In this document: positions 20,683 to 30,655 of the stretch, piece after piece
Numbering within the stretch: the first letter of the stretch is position 1
Layout of the letters: every line of letters starts with the position of its first letter
Assembly (NCBI GenBank): GCA_043827405.1
Contig: JBDRPD010000039.1
Coordinates: 64,001 to 128,000 of the forward strand
Source: Elusimicrobiota bacterium
GTDB taxonomy: Bacteria > Elusimicrobiota > Elusimicrobia > UBA1565
Reading direction: 5' to 3'
DNA length: 64,000 bases
Notes under the pieces: generated by a model
Told to the model about the DNA's origin: nothing
Seen by the model: the letters and a program-made list of their open reading frames with translations, nothing else
Databases searched by the model: none
Made by a program: the position numbers and the translations under genes

Positions 20683-23171
20683 TAGGTTCCTCGGCAGGGG
20701 ACGTCCCATATTTCACGCGCGTAGTCCCGGATCGTCCGGTCGCTGGAGAAGCGCGCGGAGCGCGCGACGTTGAGGATGGAGGATTTTGTCCAAGCCGTCT
20801 GGTCCCGGTAGCGGTTCTCCGCGTCCTCCTGGGCGGTTAGGTAGTCGTCGAAGTCGGCGAACACCATATAGGTGTCGTAGCGCATCAGCGAGTCCATCAG
20901 CGGCATGAACAAGCCGGTCTCCTTGTTCGAGAAGAAGTCCGAGATGACGAGCTTGAGCACCCGCTGCAGCTCCGCCGACCTCTCCAGCCGGCTCCCGGGG
21001 CTGTAGCCCTCGGCTTTAAGCCGCCGTACTTCGTCGGCCTTCAGCCCGAAGAGGAACATGTTCTTGTCGCCGACTTCTTCGTGGATCTCGACGTTGGCTC
21101 CGTCGAGCGTCCCGATCGTCAGGGTGCCGTTCATCATGAACTTCATATTGCCCGTGCCGGAAGCCTCGTAGCCGGCGGTGGATATCTGCTCGGAGAGGTC
21201 GGCCGCCGGGATGACCCGCTGGGCCAGGCTCACGCGGTAGTCTTCCAGGAAGATGACCTTGAGCCGGTCGCTCACCGTCGGGTCGCCGTTGATGACTTCG
21301 GCGATGGAGTTGATGAACTTGATGATCAGCTTGGCGGCGCCGTAGCCCGGCGCGGCTTTGCCGCCGAAGATCGCCGTGCGCGGCGTGTAGTCGCCGCCGG
21401 GATCGGTCTTTATGCGCAGGTAGTGGTGGATGAGGTAGAGCGCGAACATCACCTGCCGCTTGTATTCGTGGATGCGCTTGATCTGCACGTCGAAGATCGA
21501 CTGCGGGTCCACCGCCAGCCCGGACTTTTGCGCGATGTAGGTTGCGAAGTCGCACTTGTTGGCGCGCTTTACCTCGCGCCAGGCGTCGCGGAAGGCCGCG
21601 TCCTCCTTGAGCGGCAGGATGCGCTTGATGTCGGAGAGGTCGTTGATCCAGTGCTCGCCGATCGACTCGGTGAGCAAAGACGAGAGGCGCGGGTTGGCTT
21701 CCAGAATCCAGCGCCGCGGGGTGACGCCGTTGGTCTTGTTGTTGAAGCGTTCCGGGTACATCTGGTGAAAGTCCTTGAACAGCGTCTTGGTCAGCAGGTC
21801 CGAGTGGAGGGCCGAGACGCCGTTAACCGAGAGGCTGCCCACGATGCTCAGGTGCGACATGCGCACCCGCTGCGGTTCGCCCTCATCGATCAGCGACATC
21901 CGCCGCATGCGGTCTATGTCGCCGACAAAGCGATCGGCGACGTCGCGCAGGAAGCGGCCGTTGATCTCATAGATGATCTCCAGGTGGCGGGGGAGCAGCT
22001 TGCCGAGAATCGGGATGCGCCAGGTCTCCAGCGCTTCCGGCAGCAAGGTGTGGTTGGTGTAGGCGAAGCAGCCGCGGGTGATCTCCCAGGCTTCATCCCA
22101 CTCCAGGCCTTCCTCGTCGAGCAGGATGCGCATCAGCTCCGGCACCGCCAGCGAGGGATGGGTGTCGTTGAGCTGAATGACGACCTTCTTCGGCAGCTCG
22201 TGGAGGTCGGCGTTGTGCGCCTTGAAGCGGCGGAGGATGTCGGCCAAAGACGCGGCGCAAAAGAAGTACTCCTGCTTGAGGCGGAGCTCGCGGCCGGCGA
22301 TCATGCTGTCTTCCGGGTAGAGGACCTTGGTGATGTTCTCCGACAGGATCTTGCGGTCGTAGGCCTGCATATAATTGCCCTTGTTGAAGTCCTTCAGATC
22401 CAGTTCTTCCGTTCCCTTGGCCGACCACAGGCGCAGCGTGTTGACTACGCCGTTGCGGTAGCCGGCGACCGGGAAGTCGAAGGGCATGGCAAGCACGGCG
22501 TCGGTGCCTGTCCATTTTACGCGCAGGCGGCCTTGGTCGTCGGTGCGGTGCTCGGTGCGGCCGTAGAAGCGCACCCGGATGGTGTATTCGGGGCGGCCGA
22601 TCGCCCAGGGGGTGCCCAGGCTCAGCCATTTGTCGGGCACCTCCATCTGATGGCCGTTGACGATTTTTTGCTGAAAGATGCCGTAGTTGTAGAAGATGCC
22701 GTAACCGATCGCCGGCAGGCCCAAAGTGGCCATGGAGTCCATAAAGCAGGCCGCCAGGCGGCCGAGGCCTCCGTTGCCGAGGGCGGCGTCGTGTTCCTGC
22801 TCGCACAGGTCCTCGTATTTCAGGCCGTAAGCGGAAAGCGCCTTGCGCAGGGGCTCCTCGATGCTGAGGTTGGAGACGCAGTGGTTGAGCAGGCGGCCGA
22901 TCAGAAACTCCATCGACAGGTAGTAGACGCGCTTGCGGTTGCTTTTGTGATAGCCCTGCTGGGTCTTGATCCAGCGTTTGAACAGGCGGTCGCGCACGGT
23001 CAGCGCGGCGCTCATGAAATTGTCATGGTCGGTCGCGGTGTATCTGTCTTTGGCCAGCGACAGCCGGCGGCGTTCCCGGAACGAGAGCTCAAGGCTGTGG
23101 GCGGTCAAGTCCTCCTCGACATCCTGCTCGCTGTGCATATTGTGTTTGCGGGTTGCTTTGGTTTTTGCCAT
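20682..23171 (-). CDS. glgP: Glycogen/alpha-glucan phosphorylase
   Basis: GNGGLGRLAACF, QLNDTHP, YTNHT, KRIHEYKRQ and PLP site EASGTGNMKF. Confidence 0.98.
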   Translation of the reverse strand: MAKTKATRKHNMHSEQDVEEDLTAHSLELSFRERRRLSLAKDRYTATDHDNFMSAALTVRDRLFKRWIKTQQGYHKSNRKRVYYLSMEFLIGRLLNHCVSNLSIEEPLRKALSAYGLKYEDLCEQEHDAALGNGGLGRLAACFMDSMATLGLPAIGYGIFYNYGIFQQKIVNGHQMEVPDKWLSLGTPWAIGRPEYTIRVRFYGRTEHRTDDQGRLRVKWTGTDAVLAMPFDFPVAGYRNGVVNTLRLWSAKGTEELDLKDFNKGNYMQAYDRKILSENITKVLYPEDSMIAGRELRLKQEYFFCAASLADILRRFKAHNADLHELPKKVVIQLNDTHPSLAVPELMRILLDEEGLEWDEAWEITRGCFAYTNHTLLPEALETWRIPILGKLLPRHLEIIYEINGRFLRDVADRFVGDIDRMRRMSLIDEGEPQRVRMSHLSIVGSLSVNGVSALHSDLLTKTLFKDFHQMYPERFNNKTNGVTPRRWILEANPRLSSLLTESIGEHWINDLSDIKRILPLKEDAAFRDAWREVKRANKCDFATYIAQKSGLAVDPQSIFDVQIKRIHEYKRQVMFALYLIHHYLRIKTDPGGDYTPRTAIFGGKAAPGYGAAKLIIKFINSIAEVINGDPTVSDRLKVIFLEDYRVSLAQRVIPAADLSEQISTAGYEASGTGNMKFMMNGTLTIGTLDGANVEIHEEVGDKNMFLFGLKADEVRRLKAEGYSPGSRLERSAELQRVLKLVISDFFSNKETGLFMPLMDSLMRYDTYMVFADFDDYLTAQEDAENRYRDQTAWTKSSILNVARSARFSSDRTIRDYAREIWDVPCRGT

Positions 23172-23229
23172 GGCCTGCTCCGTCGGAGTGATTTATACGT
23201 ACAGCATATAGAGTTTCGCGCGGGGGTGT

Positions 23230-24096
23230 CTAGAAGCGGTACTGGAGCCCGGCGGAAACGTGGCCGATGGCGGATTCGATGATCGGCGTGGAACGAGAGG
23301 TAAATCCGGCGCTGCCCTCGACGTAGCCGGTAAGGGGATGCTTCCAATGGGTCTCGAAGCCGACGCCGGCCTGCAAAGCGCCGAAGATGCGGGTGCCGGT
23401 GACGCCGGAATAGGTGTAGGCGGGAGCGTTGGTTTCGACGTGGGTGTCGAGCTTCCATAAGTAGCCGGAGGCGTTGAGCTTGATGTAGAACCAGCGCCCG
23501 GCTTTGATATCGAAGCCGAGCCAGTAGATGTCGGTGGCGACGATCTCGCGGACGTAGACGCCGCCCGCGACGATTTCGTTGGTCTTGTAGGTGTCCCAGA
23601 CGCGGCCGAAGACCATGTCAACGCCGCCCAGGTTGTAGTCGAGGCTGTGGATCGCGACCTGAAAACCGGTGCCGGCGGTCTTGGGCCGGGCCTGCCAGGA
23701 GATGCGGCTGAAGGAGGGGGACTGAAAGTCGGTCTTAAGCTGGGTCCAGACGCGGATTCGGGTATAGCCGGCGGAGATGGCCGCCTTGTTTAGGGAGCTG
23801 GGAGCCTTGAGGCGCATGTTCTCGCTGTCGAAAAAGGCGTCGTCGATCGACTGCGGGGCGCCGTCGCTGTCGAGGTCGTCGGGGCTGGAAAGCAGGGTCC
23901 CGATGACGGTCTCGAGGATCTGGGTTCCGAGGTTGGCGGCGCTGTCGGCGCTGCTCAGGGTTCCGTGGGTTTTGAGGTCGGACTTGGCGCGCGCGACCTT
24001 GCCGCTTTTGCTGCGTGTCGTGGCTGTGCGCTTGAAGGCGGCCTGGGCGGGGAGGGACATGACGAGAATAAGCGCCGCGAAGACTGCCCGGTTCAT
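23230..24096 (-). CDS. Hypothetical exported protein, probable small outer-membrane beta-barrel at C-terminus
   Basis: Signal peptide MNRAVFAALILVMSLPAQA; alternating aromatic/Gly strands; ends in YRF. Confidence 0.6.
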   Translation of the reverse strand: MNRAVFAALILVMSLPAQAAFKRTATTRSKSGKVARAKSDLKTHGTLSSADSAANLGTQILETVIGTLLSSPDDLDSDGAPQSIDDAFFDSENMRLKAPSSLNKAAISAGYTRIRVWTQLKTDFQSPSFSRISWQARPKTAGTGFQVAIHSLDYNLGGVDMVFGRVWDTYKTNEIVAGGVYVREIVATDIYWLGFDIKAGRWFYIKLNASGYLWKLDTHVETNAPAYTYSGVTGTRIFGALQAGVGFETHWKHPLTGYVEGSAGFTSRSTPIIESAIGHVSAGLQYRF

Positions 24097-24175
24097 GACG
24101 GGAGTATGGTACCTATTCTTCGGCGGCGTTTCTCCATGCTCGCCAGGAGGTGCCAGGTATGATAATCGCGGCCGA

Positions 24176-25663
24176 TCACAGATAGGGAGAGAGCAAACGG
24201 GCAGCGGAGTCCCTGAGCCGCACAAGCAGGTTGCGCCCCAGTAAATCTTCACGGCGCAGCTCCTTGGCCGAACTGCGTTTATCCTCGATGAGCTTCTCCA
24301 ATTCCCCGGCGAGATCGCGTCCGTAGCATTCCAGGTCGAACTCGAAGTTGAGCGTCAGGCTCCTTGAGTCCCAATTTCCCGAACCCAGAAGGACCCACGA
24401 GGAATCCACAATCATGAGCTTGGAGTGGTCGAACGGGGCCGGTGTCAGCCAAATCCTGCAACGGTGGCTCAGCAGTTCCGGCAGCAGGGGGGTGGACGCC
24501 CATTGAACGAGTCTCAGGTTGGAGCGTTCCGGCAGTATGATGTCTACCCGGATGCCGGTCATGGCCGCCACCGACAGCGCTGTAGCCAAGGCCTCGTCCG
24601 GAAGAAAATAGGGCGTCACCACCGCCACCGAACGCTCGGCGCACTCCAGGGCTCCCAACAGCGTCCAGCGCAGCTTGTCAAAGTCCTCGTCGGGGCCGTC
24701 CGCGATGGCGCGCACTACGGTATTGCCGGCCGGGCGCAGTTGCGGAAACCAGGATTCTCCGGACAACTGCTCGCCCGTTGCGCACAGCCAGTCCTCGGCG
24801 AAAACCTCCTGCATCTCCGCGACAACCGGCCCTTCGACCTTGAAGTGCAGGTCGCGCACTTTCGGGCGGTCGTCGCCATCCGACAGGCAGTTCTGGTCGA
24901 TGTTCATCCCGCCGGTGAAGCCCGTCCTGCCGTCGACCACCATGATCTTTCTGTGGTTGCGCAGGTTCATGTACGGCATGCGCCACGGAGCATACGTGGG
25001 CATGAAGCGCGCGACACGCACGCCCGCGCGCTGAAGAGAGGAGGTGATGGGAGGCATGGAGTAGCGCGCGCCGACCGCGTCAAGCAGGACGCGGATCCGG
25101 ATGCCGCGCCGCACGGCGCTCGCCAGAGCGCTTTTGAACTCGGAGCCCGCCCGGTCGTTGGCGAAGATGTAGGATGCCAGAGTTATCGAGCGTTCTGCCT
25201 TGTTGATGGCTTGTATCATGGCGGGATAAGCTTGGTCCCCGCCCAAGAGGGGGACGATGCGGTTTTTGGACAGCAGCGGCCGGCGCGTCAGCCGATCCGT
25301 CATTTTCGCCAGCGAGAACATTCGCCCGTGATTCGCTCCGACCGCGTCGAGGATCTCCCGCTCCCCCGCAGGTTCGCAGCAGTCGGCGAAGCGGAGCATG
25401 CTCGCGTTTTTGCGCAGCCGGGCCGCTTTGCGCCGAATCCGATTTATTCCGAACAGCAGATAAAGCACCGCGCCCAATACCGGCGCAAGCCAAATGAGGC
25501 CGATCCAGCCGGTCGCGGCCCGGGTGTCGCGCTTGTTCAGCAGCACATGCATCGAGGCGGCCAGGGCCATGACGAGGGTGAGAAAGCCGATGAAATGAGG
25601 AGAGAAGTCGTGGAGAAGACCGGCCGTCGTTGTGAGTAGGTCGCTGAGCATCGGGACTTGCAT
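24176..25663 (-). CDS. cls: Cardiolipin synthase (PLD family)
   Basis: N-terminal TM/PLDc_N region and two HKD motifs (RNHRKIMVVD, DHSKLMIVD), GSGNWD. The exact start is uncertain. Confidence 0.92.
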   Translation of the reverse strand: MQVPMLSDLLTTTAGLLHDFSPHFIGFLTLVMALAASMHVLLNKRDTRAATGWIGLIWLAPVLGAVLYLLFGINRIRRKAARLRKNASMLRFADCCEPAGEREILDAVGANHGRMFSLAKMTDRLTRRPLLSKNRIVPLLGGDQAYPAMIQAINKAERSITLASYIFANDRAGSEFKSALASAVRRGIRIRVLLDAVGARYSMPPITSSLQRAGVRVARFMPTYAPWRMPYMNLRNHRKIMVVDGRTGFTGGMNIDQNCLSDGDDRPKVRDLHFKVEGPVVAEMQEVFAEDWLCATGEQLSGESWFPQLRPAGNTVVRAIADGPDEDFDKLRWTLLGALECAERSVAVVTPYFLPDEALATALSVAAMTGIRVDIILPERSNLRLVQWASTPLLPELLSHRCRIWLTPAPFDHSKLMIVDSSWVLLGSGNWDSRSLTLNFEFDLECYGRDLAGELEKLIEDKRSSAKELRREDLLGRNLLVRLRDSAARLLSPYL

Positions 25664-25757
25664 TACTGCACCTAAAGTCAGTGTAGCTATTTGGTAGGGT
25701 GGTTGTTGTATTGTGAGCAGATGAGAGCGCGTGACCAACGGCAGCCAAAAGTGTTGA

Positions 25758-26624
25758 ATGTCATCTGAACAGCAGTTGGAGAGTTTGCGCAGCTTTGCTG
25801 CGCCATTCTCAGTCCGGCGCCAATTGCGCCGGCTGGCTGAGCGCCCGCTTGACGCGGGCGGGACTTTGCGCTTCGCGGTGATAGGCGACTGCGAGCCTGG
25901 ACGATTTTGGCTCAGTCGAGCGATGTTCGGCGCGCCGGGGGTCTTCCCTCGGCTCATGGATCTTATTGCGGATGACGGCGTGGAATTCGTCGTTCAGCTT
26001 GGAGATATGGTCAGCCGCGGCACTTTGCCCAACTACGCGCGGCTCTTCGCAACCCTCGCGGAGTTCAACCAGCGAATCCCGTTTCTTCCAGTGCCCGGCA
26101 ATCATGAGCGCAGGTCGCCGCATTTTCGGTCGGATTCGAGCCTTTTTCGCGCTTTCTTCGGGAAGAGCAATTATGCGTTCGACTGCGGCCCGGCGAGGTT
26201 TATCGTCCTGGACACCAGCGACCGGCGGCTGACCCAGCTTCAGCTTTCATGGTTGGATAGGGCGCTGCGTACCCCGCTGAAGAAGCTGGTTTTTTCGCAT
26301 TTTCCGCCCACCTGTATTCGGGAATGGACGTCCATGTTTCGGATCCCGACTTCGGCGTGCTTCCGCAAGGGAGCCGAGGCTTTCGCAAGGCTCGTATCCG
26401 AACGGAGCGTCGACCGAGTGTATGTGGGGCATATCCACGCCCTGGCATGTACGAGGCACCGGGGTGTGCAGTACGTCCTTTCCGGAGGAGGCGGTTCCCC
26501 GCTCTATCCTTGGCCAGCGGGTGAAAGGAGCCATCACTATCTGCTGGTCAGCGTTAATGAGCTGGGCATTAGCGAGGAAGTCCGATACCTCGGTGGAAGG
26601 TCTAGATCGCTGGATGTCTCATAG
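25758..26624 (+). CDS. Calcineurin-like metallophosphoesterase
   Basis: IGD, LGD, PGNHE, SHFP and GHIH motifs. Confidence 0.88.
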   Translation: MSSEQQLESLRSFAAPFSVRRQLRRLAERPLDAGGTLRFAVIGDCEPGRFWLSRAMFGAPGVFPRLMDLIADDGVEFVVQLGDMVSRGTLPNYARLFATLAEFNQRIPFLPVPGNHERRSPHFRSDSSLFRAFFGKSNYAFDCGPARFIVLDTSDRRLTQLQLSWLDRALRTPLKKLVFSHFPPTCIREWTSMFRIPTSACFRKGAEAFARLVSERSVDRVYVGHIHALACTRHRGVQYVLSGGGGSPLYPWPAGERSHHYLLVSVNELGISEEVRYLGGRSRSLDVS

Positions 26625-26758
26625 CTCGCTGGGGCGCCATCCTTGGGACGCAGCATGCGGATCGCCCTCTCCAGTTTGCCCGCATAGGTCTTTAGTCCCA
26701 GAAAACGGTGGGACTTTTTCACCTTTCGCTTTCCCCCAATAGCCCACATACTGGGAGC

Positions 26759-27613
26759 ATGAGCAAGCGGGGCTTCATCCTGACCTTCTGCCTAACCCTC
26801 AGCCTGGTCGGCTGCCGGGAAAAGGGGGACAAAGCCGAGAGCTGCGGCGACTCGTCCCCGCGCGCCTATGCCGCCAATAGCAAGGAGGCATCCGCCTCCG
26901 ACACCTCCCAAGCGCAGAGCCGGTTGGGAAGCGCCGGGCAATCCGCCGTCCAGGCCCGCTCTCTCGGTAGCGGCGCCGCGGCGGACGCGGAGTCGCTCCG
27001 CCACAATGCTTCCAGGACCTTTGACGGTGCCGGCAGCCTGTCCGGCCTAACGCGCAACTCGGCCGTCTACGCCGGAGGGACCTCCAGCTATCCGCCGCGG
27101 CCGGAGCTGAAGATGCAGCAGCCCCGCAAGTTCCGGAGCTCGGCCCAGGAGCCGCCGTCCCCGCAGCTCGGCGCCGCCGGCGCCGGGAGCCTCTCGATCC
27201 GCAACGATCTGGGAGAGAAAATTACCGTCGCCTACAAGAACGCCGCCGGCCGCATCAACGCGGGCGCGCTGCAGCAGATCAGCCGCATCTTCCGCGATGA
27301 AAGGAACGGGAAGTACCGCGCCGTCCCGGTCGGCCTGGTGGACACCCTGGCCAAGATCCAGCAGCGGTTCGGAAACAAGACCATCCATCTCGTCAGCGGC
27401 TACCGCAGCCCGGAGACCAACAGCAAGCTGCGCCAGAGCAGCAAGAAGGTCGCCAAGAACAGCCTGCACATGCAGGGTATCGCCGCCGACATCCAGATCC
27501 CCGGGGTCTCGAGCTACGCCGTCGCCAAGTACGCCAAATCCCTCAAGGCCGGCGGGGTGGGGACGTACTCGACCTTCGTGCACGTCGACATCGGCGGCGT
27601 ACGCTACTGGTAG
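26759..27613 (+). CDS. Lipoprotein with C-terminal YcbK/DUF882 (M15A-type) peptidoglycan peptidase domain
   Basis: Lipobox LVGC; SGYRSPETN, SLHMQGIAADI, GGVGTY and FVHVD motifs. Confidence 0.88.
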   Translation: MSKRGFILTFCLTLSLVGCREKGDKAESCGDSSPRAYAANSKEASASDTSQAQSRLGSAGQSAVQARSLGSGAAADAESLRHNASRTFDGAGSLSGLTRNSAVYAGGTSSYPPRPELKMQQPRKFRSSAQEPPSPQLGAAGAGSLSIRNDLGEKITVAYKNAAGRINAGALQQISRIFRDERNGKYRAVPVGLVDTLAKIQQRFGNKTIHLVSGYRSPETNSKLRQSSKKVAKNSLHMQGIAADIQIPGVSSYAVAKYAKSLKAGGVGTYSTFVHVDIGGVRYW

Positions 27614-27664
27614 CGCCTTCCCGCCGATTCAGCCCTGTTAAATTTGCCCGCAGGGCAAGGCGCT
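27612..27664. terminator. Stem-loop between convergent genes, possible terminator
   Basis: AGCGCCTT/AAGGCGCT outer arms and GCCCTG/CAGGGC inner arms; no clear U-tract. Confidence 0.3.
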
Positions 27665-27674
27665 GGTCGGACGT

Positions 27675-28286
27675 CTAGGGCTTGGGAAGAGATGGCGCCC
27701 CGGAGGCCCTCAGCCATTCCCAGAAATCAGGATTGAGCTGGTAGTAATAGGGCCGCATGGGGGGTTCCGAAAATTCCAAAAACAACTCACCGTATTCGCG
27801 CATCACCTTCTTTTGCCTGTAGGAAGGCGGCTCTTTGGCGGCGTAGATTACGGACACTTTTTCGCTGTAGAGGTAGAGTCGGTCCAAAAGTGCGTGAAAT
27901 TTCTTCGTCGAATGCCGCTTGGCCTTATCCTCAATCGATGTGCCGGGCAGCTCATGCAATTCTCCAGGAATCCGCCGACAATACGATATCGAGCCGCCCG
28001 CGGTTTCAAACATCGCCTCTCCGAGCGGTTTATGAAGCTGAATACTTTTTTTGACGCGTCTAATCGGATAGTAAAAGAGTTTAAACTGCGCACCGCCCGC
28101 CTCCCCCGTTGGCACCGGCCAGGAAGGTGACCATTCCATCGGGATGACGGCACTGCACGGAGGCTCGCCATAAAGACCGTTCACGATGCGTTTTAGATTA
28201 TTCGACACAATAGAGTCTGACCCTCTCCAGCCAGAGCAGGACATAAGAAATACCAGTACAGCCAGAATAAATAGACTTTTTCTCAT
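27675..28286 (-). CDS. Hypothetical lipoprotein (candidate immunity/inhibitor)
   Basis: Lipobox FLMSC; ATGA overlap with upstream gene; AT-richer sequence. Confidence 0.7.
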   Translation of the reverse strand: MRKSLFILAVLVFLMSCSGWRGSDSIVSNNLKRIVNGLYGEPPCSAVIPMEWSPSWPVPTGEAGGAQFKLFYYPIRRVKKSIQLHKPLGEAMFETAGGSISYCRRIPGELHELPGTSIEDKAKRHSTKKFHALLDRLYLYSEKVSVIYAAKEPPSYRQKKVMREYGELFLEFSEPPMRPYYYQLNPDFWEWLRASGAPSLPKP

Positions 28287-29986
28287 TGGACTTCCGTGAA
28301 CCGTCCTCCTCTTATCTTGTAAGCTTTTCGGAATTTCCCCACGGGGACGAATCCCGCTCCCTTTGGAGGATCATCGCCGCTATCATTATAGTAGTAGCCC
28401 AGCACCTTCCCCGTCTTTTTTGAAACTTCGACTCCAGTCACTAGGATCGAATGACCCATCGCTCGCTGTGAGCTCTCCATTCCCCACAGCCACCGGGCAT
28501 CCACGCTAGCGATGGCCATTTTCCCATTAAGAACTGCTTTATCAAACTCCTCGAGACCCACTTTGTCATGCTTAGTGACTATAAGGCCGTGATCGACGAG
28601 CATGCTTCCAGCGTACTGAAACGCAGTCCCGCCTCTAAAATACGCCTTCCTTATCGCTTCCTCGCGCAAGCGCAATTCATTCGCCTTAGGATCGCCCTTC
28701 TTAATAAACCCATGAGCTTCGAGGACTTGCTGCTGAGTCACCAGAGCGCAAGTGTCATTTTCTTGCTCGTGCACTAAACCGGCATACCGCGCCGGATCAC
28801 CCACCGTCTGGGTCAGCCCCTTGCGGCGCATCGCGTCGATCTTCTTGCGCTCACCCTTAAAGCCGGAGAGGCGAAGAAACGCGTCAAAAGCGCCATCCGG
28901 CCCCTTTTCTTCGATCGAGGGCGGCGATATCGTATCGCCCTTTTTCCCAAACAGCGGCGGTACGGAGCCGGGAATATCCAACAGCGTCTTCTTCGGTTCC
29001 GCGTTAATTAGTGGATGATTAATGCGCGTATGCTCTCGCGCTGCGGCATTAATAATGCCGGTTGCGGACATCGAATCCGTGCGTTTCGCGAACGGATTAT
29101 TGAACCTGGCCAGATTGATCTTCCCGATCGTTCTCCCGGGAGCTTCCACTTCCTTCCCCGCATCATCCTCAACGGAAGGATTATATACCCGGCTCAAGTC
29201 CAGCCTTGGGGACGGCTCCTTTCGGGTACGCCGCTGCAGCAGGATCAGTCGGTCGCGCAGCTTCCCCAACTCGATCGCGATCTTATTGGCCGCAATCCTC
29301 TTTTCCCTCAGCGGCCCCGCCTTCTTCTTGTCATCCCCCAGGGTGAAAGAATGATCAATCAGTCCCGACAGAGGCTGGAAGTCCGTAAAAACCGCATGCC
29401 CTTCCGTGCCCAAAGAGTCGACGCTTTCAGCCGCCTTTGCCTCTTGCATCACGCCGCCTTTCGCGACCGCATCCTCCAAAGCCTGAGTTTGATTCTGCAA
29501 TCCTTCTATCCTCGCGGCAAGTCCCCGCAGCTTCGCATCAACGGAAGCATCGACCTGTTCAACCAGCGGCGGCTCGCTGTCATTGATCAGCGAAAACAGC
29601 CATATCGGCCGCGTATCCGCCTTAGGCAGGTCAAAGAAACGGCGGACGATGACCGTATAATCTGCGGACAGGTCCTTGAGCTTCTCGGTTTCGCACGGGG
29701 TGGTTGCGCACTCCCTTATGCGCTGGGAGATCGTCAACGCTTTTGAGAAAACGCCGCGGGTGGACTCGCAGGCCGGCGTCCATTTCGCGCACGCTTCTCG
29801 CAAATCGTGCAGGGTAAGGCGCGCATATTCGCAGGGCTTCGCCGGCCAGACGGCGCATAAGGCCTCCGTCTCTTTTGTTTCACCGGCTAAGGGGTCCGCC
29901 GCGGCGGCAGAGTTGAGGAGGGGATCCGCCCATAGCGGATCGCTTACGAGGAGAACGCAAAGTAGCAGGCGGAGGAGGGGCCGCAT
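28283..29986 (-). CDS. Exported protein with C-terminal papain-like (C39-like) cysteine peptidase domain
   Basis: Signal peptide MRPLLRLLLCVLLVSDPLWA; Q..C (EQENDTCAL), H (GHSILVTG) and D (YYNDSG) in papain-fold order. Confidence 0.7.
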   Translation of the reverse strand: MRPLLRLLLCVLLVSDPLWADPLLNSAAAADPLAGETKETEALCAVWPAKPCEYARLTLHDLREACAKWTPACESTRGVFSKALTISQRIRECATTPCETEKLKDLSADYTVIVRRFFDLPKADTRPIWLFSLINDSEPPLVEQVDASVDAKLRGLAARIEGLQNQTQALEDAVAKGGVMQEAKAAESVDSLGTEGHAVFTDFQPLSGLIDHSFTLGDDKKKAGPLREKRIAANKIAIELGKLRDRLILLQRRTRKEPSPRLDLSRVYNPSVEDDAGKEVEAPGRTIGKINLARFNNPFAKRTDSMSATGIINAAAREHTRINHPLINAEPKKTLLDIPGSVPPLFGKKGDTISPPSIEEKGPDGAFDAFLRLSGFKGERKKIDAMRRKGLTQTVGDPARYAGLVHEQENDTCALVTQQQVLEAHGFIKKGDPKANELRLREEAIRKAYFRGGTAFQYAGSMLVDHGLIVTKHDKVGLEEFDKAVLNGKMAIASVDARWLWGMESSQRAMGHSILVTGVEVSKKTGKVLGYYYNDSGDDPPKGAGFVPVGKFRKAYKIRGGRFTEVQ

Positions 29987-30104
29987 TGCTCGGGAACCTT
30001 TCCTTGGGAGGATAACCCCAGCAGGGCCGACATTCAAGGGGAAATTTACGGCGCGGCGAATTTTCTGCAACGAATTGTGAAATCAGCTCCGCGCAAGCAG
30101 CTGC

Positions 30105-30392
30105 CTATTCTCGGCAGCGTTTCTCCATCTCGGCGTAGATCGTCCGGCGGTGCAGGACGGCCCAGACGAGGACCTTCCGTTTCTGTACCTGATAGGCGAT
30201 GCGGTAGTGTCCGGTGCGGATGCGGCGCAGCCCGCGCAAACTGCCGCCGAGGGGTTTGCCATACTTTTCGGGGCTTTGCGTCAGCCGCTGTTTTATTGCC
30301 CTAAGAATCTTCTGCTGGGCGCCGCGCCCAAGGCCGCGGATATCTCCTTCGACTTCGGGACGGAAGAAGATGACGTAGGCGTCAGCGACCAA
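30105..30392 (-). CDS. Type II toxin, RelE/ParE superfamily (RelE-like)
   Basis: 95 aa basic protein with YGKPL.G.L.GLRRIRTGHYRIAY and HRRTIY. Confidence 0.88.
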   Translation of the reverse strand: MVADAYVIFFRPEVEGDIRGLGRGAQQKILRAIKQRLTQSPEKYGKPLGGSLRGLRRIRTGHYRIAYQVQKRKVLVWAVLHRRTIYAEMEKRCRE

Positions 30393-30615
30393 GACGCTTT
30401 TCCATACCCTTGAGGGTGAGGGGTTTCGCGGACCTGGCCGCGCGTTCCTCGACGATCTTTTCCAAGGTCACGTCCTCGAGGCGTTCGAGGGCCTCGCGTA
30501 TGAGATCGCGGGCCTTGGTGGACATGGAGACTCCGTCCTCTCCGGCCAGCGCAGCGACGGCCTCATAGAGGGGGCCTTCAAGCATAACCTGGAGGCGCGG
30601 ATTCTTGGTCGGCAT
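30382..30615 (-). CDS. Ribbon-helix-helix antitoxin
   Basis: MPTKNPRLQVML...GVSMSTKARDLIREALE; lies directly upstream of and overlaps the toxin. Confidence 0.85.
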   Translation of the reverse strand: MPTKNPRLQVMLEGPLYEAVAALAGEDGVSMSTKARDLIREALERLEDVTLEKIVEERAARSAKPLTLKGMEKRLGR

Positions 30616-30626
30616 GGGACTAATAT

Positions 30627-30655
30627 AGTGTACCATAAGTGGTGAACCACGTCAA
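30627..30655 (-). promoter_or_regulatory. Sigma70 promoter of the TA operon with embedded palindromic operator
   Basis: TTGACG-17 nt-TACACT on the minus strand; palindrome GTGGT-GA-ACCAC at 30639-30650. Confidence 0.7.

Noticed and set aside
21081..23282. 733-aa ORF antisense to glgP
   Set aside because: Same shadow-ORF artefact.
26675..27652. 10-bp direct repeat TTTGCCCGCA flanking the YcbK-like gene
   Set aside because: Too short to distinguish from chance in 64 kb; no other sign of insertion.
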